The notes under the pieces: generated by a model
What the model saw: only the letters and a program-made list of their open reading frames with translations
Databases searched by the model: none
Told to the model about the DNA's origin: nothing
Made by a program: the position numbers and the translations under genes
Assembly: GCA_963663965.2 (NCBI GenBank)
Contig: CAXXFK010000001.1
Location: forward strand, 32,001-96,000
Origin: Sedimentisphaerales bacterium
GTDB lineage: Bacteria; Planctomycetota; Phycisphaerae; Sedimentisphaerales; SM23-30
Direction: 5' to 3'
DNA: 64,000 nt
Shown: positions 61,413 to 64,000 of the stretch, one piece after another
Position numbering within the stretch: position 1 is the stretch's first letter
Layout: each line of letters opens with the position of its first letter

Positions 61413-62075
61413 TTAAATATTCGGATATAGTGATCTCAATTTACACCTGGCATCTTCCACTTTAAATTGCCAGTTAACGCCTCGTTGCTTTTCGTTGGAG
61501 TGGGTGGCCCATGCTTTCGTCTCTTTTTTCAGCCTATCCATGTCGGTCATTTTTCGATCCTTCAGACATTGCCGGGTCATCGCACTCAGTTCATTTTCGG
61601 CCACATTGAGCCAACTGCCATGCTTGGGCGTGTAATGAAATTCAATTTTTTCCACATACCGGCGCGCCTGCTCCGGAGGAAAAACCTCGTAAAAAGCTCC
61701 CTTGGTATGAGTATTCAAATTGTCGCACACCAGAAGCACTCGTTTCGCTTGGGCATAGCGGCCCTCCAGCAACTCTGCCATTTCAACGGCCCAGTCAACC
61801 TTTTTCCGTTGTGGACGAACGCTCACCCCACGCCAGCCGGATTTTGGTTCTGTGAACATGAATAGGCTGGCGGTTCCGGCACGTTCATATTCATAGTCCA
61901 CTCGACGAGGATGATGCAAGGTCGCGGCCATCGGAGTGCGAGTTTCCTTGAGCAATTGCACCGGCTGTTCATCCATGCAGAGCGCCGGAAAATCCGGGTC
62001 ATACGGCAGGGAATAGACATTCAGGACATCTTCCATGCACGCGACAAATTCACTGTTTTGCGCCGGCGGTATCAC
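61413..62075 (-). CDS. IS630 transposase, DDE part (orfB)
   Basis: CMDE, DYEYER.G, VCDNLNTH, YTPKHGSWLN.AE.E. Confidence 0.92.
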   Translation of the reverse strand: MIPPAQNSEFVACMEDVLNVYSLPYDPDFPALCMDEQPVQLLKETRTPMAATLHHPRRVDYEYERAGTASLFMFTEPKSGWRGVSVRPQRKKVDWAVEMAELLEGRYAQAKRVLLVCDNLNTHTKGAFYEVFPPEQARRYVEKIEFHYTPKHGSWLNVAENELSAMTRQCLKDRKMTDMDRLKKETKAWATHSNEKQRGVNWQFKVEDARCKLRSLYPNI

Positions 62076-62098
62076 CCAGTACTGTATCTTTCGGTTCG

Positions 62099-62539
62099 TT
62101 ATTTCATTTTTTTAAGCGTCGTGGCAACGGTGGTGTGACTGATGGATTCTACGATTCCCAATTCCACCGCTTTGTCGGCGATCAAACGCAACGACCAGTT
62201 ACTGTAACCTTCCGGCGGATCGCTCAGCCTCAGGGCAATGATCTTTGCCTCCTGCTCGCCATCCAGCAGCTTGGCGCGAGGCGGCGTGTCACGCTGCTTA
62301 CCGTTCAATGTGATGTCAAACCCTCTTTCTACCAGCGATTTACGAACTTTGGTTACGGTCCTGAGACGACACAAAAAAGCGTCGGCAATTTGATTGCAGG
62401 ACCAGTTGGGACCGTCCGCATCCGCCTTAAGCAAGATTTGAGCCCGTTTGACTTTTTGCGAGGTGCCCTTGAGTTTTGTAACAACTTCAAGCAGCTCTTT
62501 CCGTTCTGCGTCAGTGAGACGAACGATGTACTTTTTCAT
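62099..62539 (-). CDS. IS630 transposase, HTH part (orfA)
   Basis: KYIVRLT..ER, RAQILL.AD, PP.G...WSLRL.A; ends at an A7 run that leads into orfB by a -1 shift. Confidence 0.9.
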   Translation of the reverse strand: MKKYIVRLTDAERKELLEVVTKLKGTSQKVKRAQILLKADADGPNWSCNQIADAFLCRLRTVTKVRKSLVERGFDITLNGKQRDTPPRAKLLDGEQEAKIIALRLSDPPEGYSNWSLRLIADKAVELGIVESISHTTVATTLKKMK

Positions 62540-62712
62540 AACAAACTCCATAAATATTCGGTTTATGGAGTTATTATCGGACATGCTATATAAGAATATT
62601 TAGTTTTTACAGAGCACTAGTGATTAATTCTTTTCTTAACCTTGGGTTATAAGGATCATTAGAGTTGTGTGAGAATAACGTGCAATCATAAACTAAATTA
62701 AGGAGAAAATTC

Positions 62713-63438
62713 ATGAAAAAATTTATTGCTTTGATTTTACTGATGACACTGGCTATCCCGGTAATCGCATCAACAACTGGCTTTGAGGATTTAACCGGAG
62801 TCAGTTTTTATAGTGATTCGTCCTGCTATGCTCAGCAAAGCACTGCTCAGGTTTATTCGGGAACTAATTCAGTCTACCTGGGTTTAAATGACACTGACAA
62901 TTACGCGCGAGTTGGTGTGGATGGTGATTTTGGTAAGTTAAAAGACCTTAACGAAGCCACTTTTTGGACCTACATTGCCGGCAGTTCATCCACTAGCAAT
63001 CTGGCCCCGTATGCGATGCTGGGCCTGGATGCCAATGGCGACGATGTATTTGATACGTTGGCCATCGCGTTTATTACCGGCGGTGGCACCTATAACACCA
63101 ACAATTGGTTCCAAACCGGTATCGATATGAACACCAATGTTCATGTCGTAATGGATCGCGGACTGTTGGCAGCAGGCACCTACAGTTCTAGCGGAACTCA
63201 GGATACTCTGGCAAATTTTGCCCTCGAGTCCTACGATGCCACAACCCTGTTCGGTGACCTGGATATTGTTCATGTTCGAATTGCAGTGGGATATTGGCCT
63301 ACCTCTGAAACAGTTCCTTACGAATCTTATGTAGATGAATTATGTGTTAGCGGAGCCGCCCCTGTCCCCGCCCCTGGCGCTCTTCTTCTCGGTAGTCTGG
63401 GTACCGGTCTGATTGGCTGGATCCGCCGCCGGCGATAA
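62713..63438 (+). CDS. secreted PEP-CTERM-like (VPAPG) protein 4
   Basis: AAGGAG RBS, signal peptide, VPAPG tail. Confidence 0.9.
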   Translation: MKKFIALILLMTLAIPVIASTTGFEDLTGVSFYSDSSCYAQQSTAQVYSGTNSVYLGLNDTDNYARVGVDGDFGKLKDLNEATFWTYIAGSSSTSNLAPYAMLGLDANGDDVFDTLAIAFITGGGTYNTNNWFQTGIDMNTNVHVVMDRGLLAAGTYSSSGTQDTLANFALESYDATTLFGDLDIVHVRIAVGYWPTSETVPYESYVDELCVSGAAPVPAPGALLLGSLGTGLIGWIRRRR

Positions 63439-63474
63439 TTAGCCATCAAATTAACCTGCTATTTATTCCATTCT

Positions 63475-63517
63475 ATAAATACCCGGTTGCTGCCTTAAGT
63501 CGTAACCGGGTATTTAT
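63475..63517 (+). terminator. stem-loop after array gene 4
   Basis: ATAAATACCCGGTTGC/GTAACCGGGTATTTAT. Confidence 0.7.
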
Positions 63518-63625
63518 TGCGCAATTTATCATTATTTCGACGTGAAATCAGGAAAACCTTAGCGATTATAACGCTTGCTGCTTATCCAGTCCCATTTTAA
63601 TCCTGCATGATATAGTTCGAATATA

Positions 63626-63655
63626 TTGACTCTGATCCCCACATCAGATTATAAT
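63626..63655 (+). promoter_or_regulatory. sigma70 promoter with an inverted repeat in the spacer
   Basis: TTGACT-N18-TATAAT; TCTGAT-N6-ATCAGA overlaps the spacer. Confidence 0.6.
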
Positions 63656-63798
63656 GAAATTTCAATGGTGCTATGTATATTTCAGGTGTATCATGACCTG
63701 AAAACCTGACATACGGATATTTTTATAGTTTATAGATGTACATTTGTCGGCAGCAAGACAATCGTCTACCGATATCACACTAAACAAGGAGAAAAATA

Positions 63799-64000
63799 AT
63801 GAAAAAGTATGCTTTAATTTTACTTTTAGGGGCAGCAAGCCTGGCTTCTGCAGGCCTGACCGAAGTCTGGGAACAGGATTTTGAAACTGACACTTCCGGT
63901 TGGTTTAGCTACAACAGTACGATATCTCAAGTGGGATCAGGCACCAATGGCATCACTTCAGCCGAGGGTTCTTATCACGCATTAATTGGTCCATCTTTCA
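63799..64000 (+). CDS. secreted protein, partial; probably the fifth member of the VPAPG array
   Basis: AAGGAG RBS; MKKYALILLLGAASLASA signal then DFETDTSGW; open to the window edge. Confidence 0.75.
   Translation, partial: MKKYALILLLGAASLASAGLTEVWEQDFETDTSGWFSYNSTISQVGSGTNGITSAEGSYHALIGPSF

Larger units (their letters stand above)
61396..62620 (-). mobile_element. IS630-family insertion sequence
   Basis: Terminal IRs CTAGTGCTCTGTAAA(G/A)A(T/C)TAAATATTC (27 nt, 2 mismatches); TA target within CTAG; split transposase. Confidence 0.93.

Noticed and set aside
61390..62650. Gene disrupted by IS630 (ATG at 61390)
   Set aside because: The reconstructed empty site gives only a 13-codon ORF with the SD abutting the ATG
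58932..63438. Diversity-generating retroelement template/variable repeats in the tails
   Set aside because: Differences are mostly synonymous and not confined to adenines; no reverse transcriptase in the window
59029..63517. Integron attC sites between array genes
   Set aside because: The stems are short and near-perfect, lack clear RYYYAAC/GTTRRRY boxes with extrahelical bases, and no integron integrase is seen; terminator-like stems fit better

Overview
Bacterial chromosomal segment, most likely from a planctomycete of class Phycisphaerae. This is inferred from the HYExAFE-family gene, a hydrazine-synthase-alpha-like protein, a prepilin/H-X9-DG protein, an ECF sigma factor with a C-terminal extension and VPAPG-type PEP-CTERM tails. 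It holds about 55 genes: transporters, secreted beta-helix carbohydrate-active proteins, an ABC-ATPase/DUF4276 pair, a BsuBI/PstI-type restriction-modification system, a zinc-ribbon Ser/Thr kinase with a PP2C phosphatase, polX, a two-component-rich block, envelope genes and an IS630 element. I saw no rRNA, tRNA, CRISPR array, integrase or reverse transcriptase. The most notable observations are: (1) a tandem array of at least 4, probably 5, secreted proteins with unrelated bodies but near-identical 75-bp VPAPG sorting tails and conserved intergenic hairpins; (2) a non-coding motif AAACRAACCCAA-N18-TAA-N18-CTTA with exact spacing in four copies, inside two homologous promoter-bearing intergenic elements 31 kb apart; (3) patchy, extreme C-over-G skew on the + strand; (4) a lipoprotein-peroxiredoxin fusion with an internal RBS; (5) a non-canonical kinase with four CPWC zinc ribbons. 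All family assignments come from motif recognition by eye, not database searches.
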